Source: an uncultured Planctomycetaceae bacterium
Lineage (GTDB): Bacteria > Planctomycetota > Phycisphaerae > SM23-33
Direction of reading: 5' to 3'
Length of the DNA stretch: 62,053 nucleotides
NCBI GenBank assembly: GCA_964625865.1
Contig: CAZVEV010000001.1
Span: 1 to 62,053 of the forward strand
Within the stretch, counting starts at the first letter, position 1. Each line of letters starts with the position of its first letter. The notes under the pieces were generated by a model that worked only from the letters and a program-made list of their open reading frames with translations, did no database searches and was not told the origin of the DNA. Below, one piece after another: positions 42,449 through 53,779 of the stretch. The translations under genes and the position numbers were made by a program.

Positions 42449-44956
42449 ATGTGGCCGTTCAAGAAAAAAGTCGGTCGTCGTCGCCGTGAAGTGCGGCGGA
42501 ACATGCCCCCCAGCGGGCCGGGGCTGTGGCAGCGGATCTGCCACGCCGGAGGCGGCTGGGGGGTCGTGCTGGCCCTTGCACTGTGGGCCGGGGCGGTGGC
42601 GATGGACGCCTGGCCGATCGATCCCCTGCCGTACCGCGCGGGGCAGTTCGTCCCGCAGGACATCCGATCGCGCGTCACGTTCGGCGTCTATGCTCGACAG
42701 AGACACCAGGAACAGCGGCGAAAGGCGCTGGCCGAGGTGCCGAGGCACTATCGCCTGAACGAGGACCTGGCCAAGCGCGTTGCCGACGCGCTGGCGACCT
42801 TGCCGTCTCGCTGCAAGGCCCTGGCCGCCCCCGGCGATGCGGACAAGATCCTCAAGGCCCAACTGGGCCTGACCGACGCCAACGCCGCGGACGTGTTGGC
42901 GGCCTGGCGGGCCTACGCCGAGGGCGACAAACGCACGCAACTGGACGGCCTGATCGACACGCTCGGGCGCGACCTGGCCGATACGTTCACCTACGGGCAA
43001 GCGGACAGCGCCACTGACGTCCAGCCCGTTGTCGGCAGGAAGGTCGTGCTCGTTTCATCGAACGCCAAGGACACCCGCGCCGTCGACGCACGCTGGATGG
43101 TGAGCCTTTCCGAGGACGCCAGGCAGGTCGTTGAGCGTGTCGACGTCCTGGCCGGGGCGTTCCCCGCTGAGATCAAGCCCGGAGTGGCCACCTGCCTCAA
43201 GGGCCTGCTTACGCGGGAGGCGATGTACGTCTACGACGACAGGGCCACCGAAGACGCACGCCGCGCCAAGGACGAGGAGGTCCGAGCGGAAAGGCCTTAC
43301 GATACCTACGCCGCCGGCGACCTGCTGGTCCAGGCCAGTTGGCGCCGACCGGCCGGGCACCGCCCGGGGCTGACCGACGAGGAACTGGCCCTGCTCCAGA
43401 AGGAGCACGAGGCCTTCGCCGGCGGGGTCGGGCGCGACGATCGCCAGTACGCCGGGTCCGAGCGACTGTGGTTCCTCGCCCAACGCCTCGCCGGACGCGC
43501 CTGCACGCTGGGCTTTGTCGTACTCCTGCTGTGTTTCTACGTCTGCTTCTACGAGAGACGCATCGCGCGGAACCCGTGGCGCAGCGTGGCCATCGCCGCC
43601 ACCCTCCTGCTCATGCTCGCCGCCAACAAGCTCCTGGTCACCATCGACTGGGCCAATCCGTACGTCTGCGTCCTGCCCCTGCTCATTGCCACCGTCATCA
43701 TGACCATCGCCTACAACCAGCGCTTCGCGTTGGGGCTCGGCGCGATCATGGCCGTCATGGTGGTCCTGCAACTGCGACAGGGCATCGGCATGTTCGTGGT
43801 GGTGATGGTGCCCGTAACCGCCACCGTGCTCCAGCTCAACGAGATCCGCACGCGGAACAAGCTCATCGGTGCCCTGTCGGTCTCGGCTGTCCTGGTGTTC
43901 CTGGCCACGTGGGGCCTGGGCCTGTTTGCCGCCGCGGGCGAGGAGTTCATCCTCTCCGACAGCCTGTGGGCGGCGGTCTCGACGATACTGGCCGGCCTGG
44001 TCGCCCAGGCCATCCTGCCGGTCATCGAACGCGTCTTCAGGATCGCCACCTCCATGACCCTGCTGGAATGGTGCGATGCGAGCAGGCCCCTGATGCGACG
44101 ATTGGCCATGGAAAGCCCGGGCACGCACAACCACTCGCTTCAGCTCGGTTCGATGTGCGAGGCTGCCGCCGAGGCCATCGGCGCCCGCGGCCTGCTTGCC
44201 CGCGTGGGGGCGTACTACCACGACATCGGCAAGATCAACAAGCCGGAGTACTTCTCCGAAAACGAGTCCGGGTCGGCCTCCAAGCACGCCAAGCTCTCGC
44301 CCGCGATGAGCCTGCTGATCATCATCGGGCACGTCAAGGACGGCGTGGAACTTGCCCGCGAGTACGCCCTGCCGCCCGTGCTCCACGAGTTTATCGCCAC
44401 CCACCACGGCACGACGCTGGTGCAGTACTTCTACCACGTCGCCGCCGAGCAGCGCAAGAGCGATTCGGACCGCGCTCCGGACGAGGTCGAGTTCCGGTAT
44501 CCCGGTCCGAAGCCGAAGTCCAAGGAGGCCGGCATCCTCATGCTCGCCGATGCCGCCGAATCCTCCGTCCGCGCCATGACCGAGCCCACGCCCGGACGTA
44601 TCGAAAACCAGGTCCACGCCATGGTCTCCCGTCGCCTCATGGACGGGCAGCTCGACGACTGCGAGTTGACCCTTCGCGAGGTCCACCAGATCGAGACCTC
44701 GCTCATCAAGAGCCTCTGCGGCGTGTATCACTCGCGGATCGCCTACCCCACGCCGGCCGGCGAGAAGCCGTCCGCCGCCGAGACCCCTCCTCCTGACCGC
44801 GGCAACGGCCGGAACGGGGATGACAAGGCCAACGGCATCAAGGCCCACGAGGTCGAGCCGTCCGCGGCGGACGATCAGACCGAAGCTGACGCGACTGATG
44901 TTGTTGAAGAGACTGCCCCCGTCGCGGCCGACCAGACGGGGCCCGCTGCCTCATGA
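42449..44956 (+). CDS. 7TM-receptor / HDIG-domain phosphohydrolase (PgpH/YqfF-like)
   Basis: 835 aa. Extracellular N-terminal part, a 7-TM block (FVVLLLCFYVCFY...LAGLVAQAILPVI) and HD domain HSLQLGSMCEAAAEAIG..AYYHDIGK. Canonical position between phoH and ybeY. Confidence 0.8.
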   Translation: MWPFKKKVGRRRREVRRNMPPSGPGLWQRICHAGGGWGVVLALALWAGAVAMDAWPIDPLPYRAGQFVPQDIRSRVTFGVYARQRHQEQRRKALAEVPRHYRLNEDLAKRVADALATLPSRCKALAAPGDADKILKAQLGLTDANAADVLAAWRAYAEGDKRTQLDGLIDTLGRDLADTFTYGQADSATDVQPVVGRKVVLVSSNAKDTRAVDARWMVSLSEDARQVVERVDVLAGAFPAEIKPGVATCLKGLLTREAMYVYDDRATEDARRAKDEEVRAERPYDTYAAGDLLVQASWRRPAGHRPGLTDEELALLQKEHEAFAGGVGRDDRQYAGSERLWFLAQRLAGRACTLGFVVLLLCFYVCFYERRIARNPWRSVAIAATLLLMLAANKLLVTIDWANPYVCVLPLLIATVIMTIAYNQRFALGLGAIMAVMVVLQLRQGIGMFVVVMVPVTATVLQLNEIRTRNKLIGALSVSAVLVFLATWGLGLFAAAGEEFILSDSLWAAVSTILAGLVAQAILPVIERVFRIATSMTLLEWCDASRPLMRRLAMESPGTHNHSLQLGSMCEAAAEAIGARGLLARVGAYYHDIGKINKPEYFSENESGSASKHAKLSPAMSLLIIIGHVKDGVELAREYALPPVLHEFIATHHGTTLVQYFYHVAAEQRKSDSDRAPDEVEFRYPGPKPKSKEAGILMLADAAESSVRAMTEPTPGRIENQVHAMVSRRLMDGQLDDCELTLREVHQIETSLIKSLCGVYHSRIAYPTPAGEKPSAAETPPPDRGNGRNGDDKANGIKAHEVEPSAADDQTEADATDVVEETAPVAADQTGPAAS

Positions 44957-45396
44957 CCGCCGACCCCACCGTGAAGATCTGTTCGTCGCAGAAGACCCTC
45001 CGCGTGCCGCGCCGGAAGATCGTCCGTCTGGTGGCGTTCGTGGCACAAAGCGAAGGAGCGCCGCTGCTCGACGTGGATATCGCCGTCGTCGGCGCCGAGG
45101 AGATGGCCCAACTCAACGAGCGGTATCACGGATACGTCGGGCCCACCGACGTGCTCAGTTTCGACCTGTCAGGTCCCCGGGACGCGGGCATCAGTGCCGA
45201 GATCATCGTCTGCGCCGACGTAGCGGTTGCCGAGGCCGCCAAACGCGGCGGGCGACCCCAGAACGAACTGCTGCTCTACATCGTTCACGGCCTGCTCCAC
45301 CTGATGGGCTACGACGACCCCGCCCGCACGGCCGAGGCCGAGTGGATGCACGTCCGCGAGACGGAACTGCTCAACGCTTTCAGATCCCTACGATGA
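44953..45396 (+). CDS. ybeY: rRNA maturation endoribonuclease YbeY
   Basis: IVHGLLHLMGYDD zinc motif. ATGA start/stop overlap with the upstream gene (44953-44956). Confidence 0.9.
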   Translation: MTADPTVKICSSQKTLRVPRRKIVRLVAFVAQSEGAPLLDVDIAVVGAEEMAQLNERYHGYVGPTDVLSFDLSGPRDAGISAEIIVCADVAVAEAAKRGGRPQNELLLYIVHGLLHLMGYDDPARTAEAEWMHVRETELLNAFRSLR

Positions 45397-45399
45397 GCG

Positions 45400-45524
45400 C
45401 CGGGTGGCACCCTCAACCGGAGCGAAGCGGAGGTTGTGGGTGAGGAGGCAGAATCCGTCGTCCACACGAGCGTCCATTTCGTCACAAGAAACACCCACAA
45501 GCTCCGCTTGAGGGTGCCACCCGG
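45400..45524. other. long imperfect hairpin between convergent ybeY and comF
   Basis: 45400-45416 pairs perfectly (17 bp) with 45508-45524. 45427-45442 pairs with 45492-45507 (15 of 16). There is a 10-nt bulge and a ~49-nt loop. Confidence 0.6.
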
Positions 45525-45534
45525 GGCCGGCATC

Positions 45535-46326
45535 TCATGCGCCGGTTGGCAGGTGTTCCGTGTACGCGCGGGGCGGTTCGGCTTTGGCGACCACAGCCAG
45601 ATGCACGCTCGATCCGCCCCCACGGATGATCGTCCGCGCCGCTTCGCCCGCGGTGGCGCCGGTGGTGGTCACGTCGTCGACCAGCAGAATCCGGGCGCCC
45701 TCGATATCGGCGGGGCGGGCCACGCTGAACGCTCCGCGGACGTTGGCGATGCGTCGCGTGCGCGGCAGGTGAACCTGGGCGGGCGTGTGGCGGATGCGGA
45801 TCAGTTGGTCGCCTACCGGCACGTTGAGATGGCTGCTGACGGCACGGGCCAGGCCGCGGGCGTGATCGCATCCGCGCCCCAGGCGGCGCCGCCAGTGCAT
45901 GGGCACGGGCAGGATCAGGTCGAATACGTCCGCCCCGTGGCGCGCCGTCAGTGCGAGGGCGAGCATGCGGCCGAGGTGGCGGTACATCGTTTCGACGCGA
46001 CGGTACTTCAGGCCCTGGACGATGCGGCGAAGCGGGGGGGCGTAGGGCCCCAGGCGCGTGACCGAGGCGAACCGCGGCAGGGGACTCGGGCAGGCCGAGC
46101 AGCCGTCGTCACGCACGGGGATGTTGGGGCCGATCGTCGTCCCGCAGCGCGGGCAGTAGTGCAGGGAAGCGAGGGCAAGCAGTTTGACGCTGCACGCATC
46201 GCAGAGCCCGCCGACCGAGATGTCGTCGGCCCGGCAGGCCGAGCAGGTTGTCGGCAGGACCAGGTCCAGCAGGGCACCCAGGCCCGAGCGAAGGGCCCCC
46301 AACGCTGCGGTCCCCGCGCCGGTCAT
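45535..46326 (-). CDS. comF: ComF-family protein (phosphoribosyltransferase domain)
   Basis: Start at ATG 46326 (MTGAGTAALG...). Zinc-finger-like C.AC...C..C and CPRCG...CSAC. PRTase motif ILLVDDVTTTGAT. ATGA overlap with the stop of the upstream gene (46323-46326). Confidence 0.8.
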   Translation of the reverse strand: MTGAGTAALGALRSGLGALLDLVLPTTCSACRADDISVGGLCDACSVKLLALASLHYCPRCGTTIGPNIPVRDDGCSACPSPLPRFASVTRLGPYAPPLRRIVQGLKYRRVETMYRHLGRMLALALTARHGADVFDLILPVPMHWRRRLGRGCDHARGLARAVSSHLNVPVGDQLIRIRHTPAQVHLPRTRRIANVRGAFSVARPADIEGARILLVDDVTTTGATAGEAARTIIRGGGSSVHLAVVAKAEPPRAYTEHLPTGA

Positions 46327-48275
46327 CGTCGCAGTCCCACCACGAGCCCGCCGCGGCCGACGGCCCATCTGTGGCGCATGAGTCTCGCCTGCCACTGCTG
46401 CATCTGCCCGTCGCCGGCCAGGTCCACTCCGCCCAGCGTGGCGACGGTCCGGTCGAGCACCTCGCCCAGCCTGAGCGTCACGAGCATGTCGGCGGCGTCC
46501 TCGATGGGCCTGCGCGGGTTCAGCAGGAGCCAGTCGATCGTGTCGGCGTCCCCCGAAGCCAGCAGGGCCGTTATCGCACGTCGGCGAGGAAAGCTGGACA
46601 TCTTCCGCAACGTGCGGACGTGCTTGAACTGCTCGTTTTGCCCGAGGACAAGCAGGGCGCACCGGTAGGCCCCAAGGGTCATGAAGTCATCCTCGTACTT
46701 CAGTCGCAGGGCGATACGTTCGATCGCGGCGGCCCGCTGGGCGTCGGTTCGCGCCGACAGGGCCAGCAGCATCGCCCCGGCGGTCCGCTCGCCTTTGTTG
46801 TAGACGGCCCTCAACCCCGCGCGGAGGGGAGGCAGCATCTCGAAGCCCAGTTTCACCGCCTCGTCGCCGGGCCCGTCGAGCCCCACGTGCCACGCCACGT
46901 AGTCGCCCGGAAGGGACAGCTTCTCAAACCGCGTCGCCAGGCGGATCCACTTGCCGCACTCTTTCCTGTCGAGCATCCACAGTTCCACGGCGGCCGCGGC
47001 AGCGGGGAACGGATCGGCGGTGACCTTCTCGGCGCCTCGCCCGGGCCAGTGCTGGCCCGCGTGGGCCGTCGCGGCGGCCAGGCGGAGCAGGCTGACGCAC
47101 TGCCCCCGGCTGGCGAAGCTCTCGTGCGGCTGGTCCTTTGCCGCCTGCCGCCCCAGCAGGCGGACGGCGGCGATCAGCGTCAGGGGCTCGTCGGGGCCCC
47201 AGAGCGTGCGGCACAGCCGGAAGATCTCGTTGCGGACGGGCAGGTCGAGCAGCGCCGCCGCGTCGATGGCAGCCTGGATATGGCCGTGGTCGAGTTCGCC
47301 TTCGTTTCGCTTGCCGGTCAGGACGTCGCGGATGTCCTGCTCGGCCCCGGCGATCTTGAGCCTACCGGCCGCCAGCAGGGCCATCGCGGGCGGATACTTC
47401 TTCGCCGTCCTGGCTGCGATGAGCATGTCCAAGATGGTCTTGCGGGCGGCGTCGGTGTCCAGCACGGTCATCACGTGCAGCAGGCGATCGCGCAGCGGCG
47501 CCGGCGGGGAGGCGGCCAGGAGCGAGCAGGTCTGCTGCCCCGAGCCGTCGGCGTCCACGACGGCCAGCGCGTACGCAGCCGCGGAAACCACCTCGAGCCC
47601 GGCGGGGCTCTTCAGCAGGGGCCTGATCGTGCTGACCAGTCCCTTTCGCCTGCCTGTCGCCGCGGACAGCGCCGCAGCAGAGACCACCGCCGGGTCGTCG
47701 TCGGCCAACAGCTTGCCGAGCTTCTCGTCGTCCCCGAAGCGTGCCGCGAGCATCGTTCCCAGTTCCCGCACACCGACGGCCGAGTCGGCGCAGGCCAGCG
47801 ATACGATGGACCGGACGTGGCGGTTGTCGCGCTCGCTTGCGAGCGTGTCCACCACGATCATCCGCCGCATCATCGCCCGGACCGCCTCGGTTTCCTCGGC
47901 GCCCTTCTGCCCGGCCGCCATGTCCAACGCGCCGAGGCGGTCGATCTGCAGGCCCTGGCGCCCGGGCACGTCCCAGATGTCCATGGCCCTGAGAATCGAC
48001 GCTACGGCGCGGAACTGCAGATCGTCGTCCGTGTCGAGTGCATCGACAAGCCGCGCCCGCGTGTCGTCGTACTCGCGGGCGAGATTGGTCAACTGCATCA
48101 TCGCCTGGTCGCGCACGGCTGCGTCGTCGCTGGACAGGTCGCGGATGAGCAACCGGTCGCGCACGTACGGGAACATCAGCAGTGCCACGAGCCCGCCGAT
48201 AGCCACTGCCAGAGAAGCCGTAAGGGCCCGGCGCTGCGAGGGATGGTCGCGAAAATAACGCAGGAGTGCACCCAT
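46323..48275 (-). CDS. membrane-anchored HEAT/ARM-like helical repeat protein (hypothetical)
   Basis: ATG 48275 gives MGALLRYFRDHPSQRRALTASLAVAIGGLVALLMF (TM anchor), then Leu/Ala-rich helical repeats (DDAAVRDQAMMQL, DDPAVVSAAALSA). The track start 48440 lies inside a repeat element. Confidence 0.6.
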   Translation of the reverse strand: MGALLRYFRDHPSQRRALTASLAVAIGGLVALLMFPYVRDRLLIRDLSSDDAAVRDQAMMQLTNLAREYDDTRARLVDALDTDDDLQFRAVASILRAMDIWDVPGRQGLQIDRLGALDMAAGQKGAEETEAVRAMMRRMIVVDTLASERDNRHVRSIVSLACADSAVGVRELGTMLAARFGDDEKLGKLLADDDPAVVSAAALSAATGRRKGLVSTIRPLLKSPAGLEVVSAAAYALAVVDADGSGQQTCSLLAASPPAPLRDRLLHVMTVLDTDAARKTILDMLIAARTAKKYPPAMALLAAGRLKIAGAEQDIRDVLTGKRNEGELDHGHIQAAIDAAALLDLPVRNEIFRLCRTLWGPDEPLTLIAAVRLLGRQAAKDQPHESFASRGQCVSLLRLAAATAHAGQHWPGRGAEKVTADPFPAAAAAVELWMLDRKECGKWIRLATRFEKLSLPGDYVAWHVGLDGPGDEAVKLGFEMLPPLRAGLRAVYNKGERTAGAMLLALSARTDAQRAAAIERIALRLKYEDDFMTLGAYRCALLVLGQNEQFKHVRTLRKMSSFPRRRAITALLASGDADTIDWLLLNPRRPIEDAADMLVTLRLGEVLDRTVATLGGVDLAGDGQMQQWQARLMRHRWAVGRGGLVVGLRR

Positions 48276-48345
48276 TAGGACCCGAGTGTACCGCTCCGCC
48301 GGCGCCCGCGCCAAGAGGCGATCTTCCGAGATGGCGGGACGCCAC

Positions 48346-48455
48346 GTGTAGCGGGTGAGCTTGCTCACCGTGTTTCCGTTCGATGCATACAGTGCGTCCA
48401 TTGCTCTTCGGCGTCGCAAGCGACGCCGCACGCGGGGCAAGCCCCGCCGCTAAAC
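48346..48455. repeat. repeat family 2, copy 2
   Basis: Collinear with 29761-29870 over ~110 bp, with the same three hairpins and substitutions mostly in loops. A further CCGCTAGAC end occurs at 48480-48490. Confidence 0.85.
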
Positions 48456-48510
48456 GTGGAGTCAAAGGCAAGTTTGACCCGCCGCTAGACATAGAGAAAC
48501 GACAACATCT

Positions 48511-48563
48511 TGATCCCCCTGATCCCTGAAACCCGTGCAATCCCCTTTCGCTTTCCGTCGTCC
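48511..48563. repeat. repeat family 6, diverged inverted copy
   Basis: Its reverse complement GGACGACGGAAAGCGAAAGGGGATTGCACGGGTTTCAGGGATCAGGGGGATCA is related to family 6. Confidence 0.5.
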
Positions 48564-48637
48564 TGCATATCCGCCGGAAAGAAAGGTCGCACCACGCCGG
48601 CGGGAGTTTATAATCACCCGTCGCAAGGAGACCCGTA

Positions 48638-50035
<1,398 letters not shown>

Positions 50036-50091
50036 GTCGTCCAGTGTGGTAGGGCGTGCGAACCGTTCGGATTCGCGCTGAACGTCCCGTT

Positions 50092-50146
50092 GCAGCTTGC
50101 TTCTTCGCGTCTTCCTCATCCGATCAGACGCCAAGAAGCAAGCTGC
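50092..50146. terminator. strong hairpin between convergent fumC and ThuA genes (bidirectional terminator candidate)
   Basis: GCAGCTTGCTTCTT (50092-50105) pairs with AAGAAGCAAGCTGC (50133-50146). An inner GCGTCT/AGACGC stem adds to it. 13-nt loop. Confidence 0.5.
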
Positions 50147-50173
50147 TCCCCGCACGCTGTCCACCCGAAGACG

Positions 50174-50809
50174 TTATGTGCGCGCCGCCCATTCCATGCC
50201 GCGCATGGTCATCTCCAGCACGCGCGGGAAGTCGATGAACTCGTTCGCGCAGTGGCCCAGCGCGGAGTAGAAGACACGCCCGGCGCCCCAGGTCTTGGTC
50301 CAGATGCAGGGCATGTTGACGCGGTGTCCGTCGTAGTCGTAGGGCGTCTCGGCCAGCACGTTCACGCCGGGGTCCACGAGTTGGTAGTACTGCTCGGAAC
50401 TGTAGGTGAACGTCGCAGGGAGCCCCGCGGTGATCGCGTGGGTCGTCTCGGTCAGGTGGACCTCGTAGTCGCCGACAGTGGGGTGACCGACGAACTGCCC
50501 GCCCACCATCCACTGGAATTCCAGGCAGCCGCGCATCGAATCGCCCATCCCGCCGTGGACCCCCGCAACGCCCACGCCGCTGCGGACCGCATCGTCCAGC
50601 GCCTTCCACTGATCGTCGGAGATATCGCCCATCGTCCAGTGAGGCACGATCAGGTCCAGGGCCTTGAGGGCCTCGACGTCTTCGAGCGACGCCAGCGTGT
50701 CGGACCGTTCGACGTCATGCCCCCTGGCTGTGAGCTGCTCGGCGAACAACCCGGAGACTTCCTCCGGCTCGTGACCCTTCCATCCGCCATACACGATCAA
50801 CGCCTTCAT
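50174..50809 (-). CDS. ThuA domain-containing protein
   Basis: MKALIVYGGWKGHEP..., DLIVPHWTMG and WTKTWGAGRVFYSALGH are typical of the ThuA family. Confidence 0.7.
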   Translation of the reverse strand: MKALIVYGGWKGHEPEEVSGLFAEQLTARGHDVERSDTLASLEDVEALKALDLIVPHWTMGDISDDQWKALDDAVRSGVGVAGVHGGMGDSMRGCLEFQWMVGGQFVGHPTVGDYEVHLTETTHAITAGLPATFTYSSEQYYQLVDPGVNVLAETPYDYDGHRVNMPCIWTKTWGAGRVFYSALGHCANEFIDFPRVLEMTMRGMEWAART

Positions 50810-50854
50810 AGCGGTCCCTTCGTGCTTCCGGTCAGCGTGGAATCAACGCGACGT

Positions 50855-52234
50855 TCATTTCGCTGACGCCATAACGGCGTCGGCGACGGCGCGGTGGGTG
50901 GCGGGGTCCATCATTTCGGGCATCAGTTCGCCTTCGGGGACGATCTTCGCCAGTGCGTGGGCGGCGGCCATCAGCATCTCGAGGGTGATCGACTCGGCCT
51001 GCGCGTCCAGCGCGCCGCGGAAGATGCCCGGGTACGCCAGGGCGTTGTTCATCATGCGCCCGTCGGCGTAGATCGCGGCGCCGGCGTCCAGGGCGTCGTC
51101 GCGACTGATCTCGCTGACGGGGTTCGCCAGGGCCAGTACGATCGGCCCCGGCGCCATCGCGCGGACCATGTCCTGGGTGACGATATCGGGCTGGCTGACG
51201 CCGATGAACAAGTCGGCGCCGACCATCGCGTCGGCCAGCGTGCCGCGGATGTTCCGCTTGTTGGTGCGCTCGGCCAGGGCGATCTTCTCGTCGTTCATCC
51301 GCTGCTCGCGCCCGCGGTGGATGATGCCCGCACTGTCGCACAGGACGGTGTCCGGTACGCCGGCGTGCTGGAGCAGGTCGGCGATGGCCGTGCCGGCCGC
51401 CCCCGCGCCGCTGATGGCGACCTGGAGGGTCGTGATGTCCTTGCCGGTCTTGTCCAGGGCGCTGTACAGGCCGGCCAGCACGATCGTCGCCGTCCCGTGC
51501 TGGTCGTCGTGGAAGACCGGGATCGGCAACTTCTCGTCCAGTTCGCGCGTGATGCGGAAACACTCGGGTGCCTTGACGTCCTCGATCTGAATGGCCCCGA
51601 ATCCACAGGCGGTCTTCTCGCAGACGTTGATGAACTCGTCGACGTCGTGGGTGTCGATCAGGAGCGGTTCGGCACTGACGCCGGCGAACTCCCAGAAAAT
51701 CGACGCCTTGCCTTCCATCACGGGCAGGCCCGCCAGCGGACCGATGTCGCCCAGGCCCAGGATGGCTGTTCCGTTGGTGGCGATGGCGACCTTGTTGGCG
51801 ATGTTCGTGTACTCGCGCGCCTTGGCGGGGTCGGCCTCGATGGCGCGGCAGACCCGCGCGACGCCCGGGGTGTAGACGATCCGCAGGTCGGTGTTGGATC
51901 GGATCGGCGCGCGGGTGCGCATCTCGCACGTCCCGCCGCGGTGGGTGTGCATGGCCAGATCAATCACGCCGGCCACTTCCACGCCGTCGATGCCCTCTGC
52001 CGCGGTGCGGACCTCGGCCATCTGGTCGTCGCTGGCGGCAAAGACCTGGATGTCATAGACGATGTGCCTGGCCTGGTGTTCGACCTTGTTGACCTCGCCC
52101 GCGCGGGCCCCCGCGCCGCTCAGTGCCGTCAACACCTTGCCCAACGCGTCGGCCCGGTCGTTCAACCGCACCCGCATCAGGAATACCACTGTTCGCTGAA
52201 ATCTGTCCTGTAACGCTTCAAGAGAAGCCATCAT
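50855..52234 (-). CDS. NAD(P)-dependent malic enzyme with N-terminal ACT-like domain
   Basis: GAGGTG SD. LRIVYTPGVARVC, VAIATNGTAILGLGDIGPLAGLPVMEGKA, FHDDQHGTA and ISGAGAAG. Confidence 0.9.
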   Translation of the reverse strand: MMASLEALQDRFQRTVVFLMRVRLNDRADALGKVLTALSGAGARAGEVNKVEHQARHIVYDIQVFAASDDQMAEVRTAAEGIDGVEVAGVIDLAMHTHRGGTCEMRTRAPIRSNTDLRIVYTPGVARVCRAIEADPAKAREYTNIANKVAIATNGTAILGLGDIGPLAGLPVMEGKASIFWEFAGVSAEPLLIDTHDVDEFINVCEKTACGFGAIQIEDVKAPECFRITRELDEKLPIPVFHDDQHGTATIVLAGLYSALDKTGKDITTLQVAISGAGAAGTAIADLLQHAGVPDTVLCDSAGIIHRGREQRMNDEKIALAERTNKRNIRGTLADAMVGADLFIGVSQPDIVTQDMVRAMAPGPIVLALANPVSEISRDDALDAGAAIYADGRMMNNALAYPGIFRGALDAQAESITLEMLMAAAHALAKIVPEGELMPEMMDPATHRAVADAVMASAK

Positions 52235-52371
52235 ACACCTCGGAATGAACCTCGAACCTGCCTGCCGGCCGGCAGGCTCGCCCGGTCGCCGGGCGACGAC
52301 GCACGATTATATGCCCCCGCCCGCAACATGCCAGAAAAACGTCCACGAGGACGGAGACAAGAACGAATAAC

Positions 52372-52418
52372 AACGGAAAGAGGACGGGGATTACACGGAT
52401 TTAGGGATTCTGGGGATG
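52372..52418. repeat. repeat family 6, copy 3
   Basis: AACGGAAAGAGGACGGGGATTACACGGATTTAGGGATTCTGGGGATG, in the divergent malic enzyme / trpB intergenic region. Confidence 0.8.
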
Positions 52419-52561
52419 AGAAAGCCCGAAGACGGAAACGGAACTCGCAGACCCCGAACTGACCGCCGCGAAGCGGCGCCGCTTGCGGCTTCGCACGCAG
52501 CACGCTACCCGCTTGTCTGTGGAACACCCCTGCGTTACCATGCGGCCCGGAGCAATCGACT

Positions 52562-53779
52562 ATGACAGACAACGTAGACAACGCCTCCCCGCGCGAAGGG
52601 TACTTCGGGTCCTTCGGCGGGCGGTTCGTGCCCGAGACGCTGGTCAAGGCGCTGACGCAACTGACGAGCGAGTTCGCCGCGGCCATGGCCGATGACGCCT
52701 TCGGCGCCGAGTTCGACCGGTGCCTCCGCGAAATCGCCGGTCGCCCCAGCGAACTGTACTTCTGCCGCCGCCTTACCGCCAAGACCGGCGGGGCGCAGAT
52801 CTACCTCAAGCGCGAGGACATGAACCACACCGGGGCGCACAAGATCAACAACACGCTGGGCCAGGCCCTGCTGGCCAAGCGGATGGGCAAGCCGCGCGTG
52901 ATCGCCGAAACCGGCGCCGGCCAGCATGGTGTGGCCACCGCGACGGCCGCCGCGGTGTTCGGCCTCGACTGCGAGGTCTTCATGGGCACCGAGGACATCC
53001 GGCGCCAGGCGCTGAACGTCTTCCGCATGAAGCTGCTCGGGGCGACCGTCGTGCCCGTCAGTTCGGGCCAGCGGACGCTGAAAGACGCCTGCAACGAGGC
53101 GATGCGCGACTGGATGGGCACGGTCGAGCACACGCACTACATCCTCGGCTCGGTCACCGGGCCTCACCCGTTCCCGACGATCGTCCGCACGTTCCAGAGT
53201 TGCATCGGTCGCGAGGCCCGTCAGCAGATGCTCGACGCCGCCGGCCGCCTGCCCGACGTGATCGTCGCCTGCGTGGGCGGCGGGTCCAACGCGGCGGGCA
53301 TCTTCGCCCCGATGATCGACGACGCGGAGGTGGCCATGGTGGGCGTGGAGGCCGGCGGGCGCGGCATGGGCGCGGGCGACCACGCCGCGACGCTCTGCGT
53401 AGGCAGTCCCGGCGTGCTGCACGGGTCCCTGAGTTACGTGCTCCAGGATGACGACGGGCAGACCGCCGACGTCCACAGCGTCTCTGCCGGACTGGACTAC
53501 CCCGGTGTGGGACCCGAGCACAGCTTCTGGAAAGAGACCGGGCGCGTGACGTACACCTCCTGCACCGACGACGAGGCCATGGACGCACTGGTGGAACTGT
53601 CGGAGACCGAAGGCATCATCCCCGCGCTGGAATCGTCGCACGCGGTGGCCGAGGCGGTCCGGATCGCCGCCACGCTGCCGGCCGACAAGATCGTCCTGGT
53701 GAACCTCTCGGGGCGGGGCGACAAGGACTGCAACGAGATAGCCGACATCCTGGCCCGACGGGAAGGGGGCGACCGATGA
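52562..53779 (+). CDS. trpB: tryptophan synthase beta chain
   Basis: [17 protein letters not shown] (PLP lysine), [18 protein letters not shown] and [11 protein letters not shown]. Confidence 0.95.
   Translation: MTDNVDNASPREGYFGSFGGRFVPETLVKALTQLTSEFAAAMADDAFGAEFDRCLREIAGRPSELYFCRRLTAKTGGAQIYLKREDMNHTGAHKINNTLGQALLAKRMGKPRVIAETGAGQHGVATATAAAVFGLDCEVFMGTEDIRRQALNVFRMKLLGATVVPVSSGQRTLKDACNEAMRDWMGTVEHTHYILGSVTGPHPFPTIVRTFQSCIGREARQQMLDAAGRLPDVIVACVGGGSNAAGIFAPMIDDAEVAMVGVEAGGRGMGAGDHAATLCVGSPGVLHGSLSYVLQDDDGQTADVHSVSAGLDYPGVGPEHSFWKETGRVTYTSCTDDEAMDALVELSETEGIIPALESSHAVAEAVRIAATLPADKIVLVNLSGRGDKDCNEIADILARREGGDR

Noticed and set aside
46327-46662. N-terminal extension of comF, and 48276-48440 extension of the HEAT-like gene.
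   Set aside because: Arg-rich junk. The first overlaps the upstream gene and the second translates repeat family 2. Internal ATGs give sensible N-termini.
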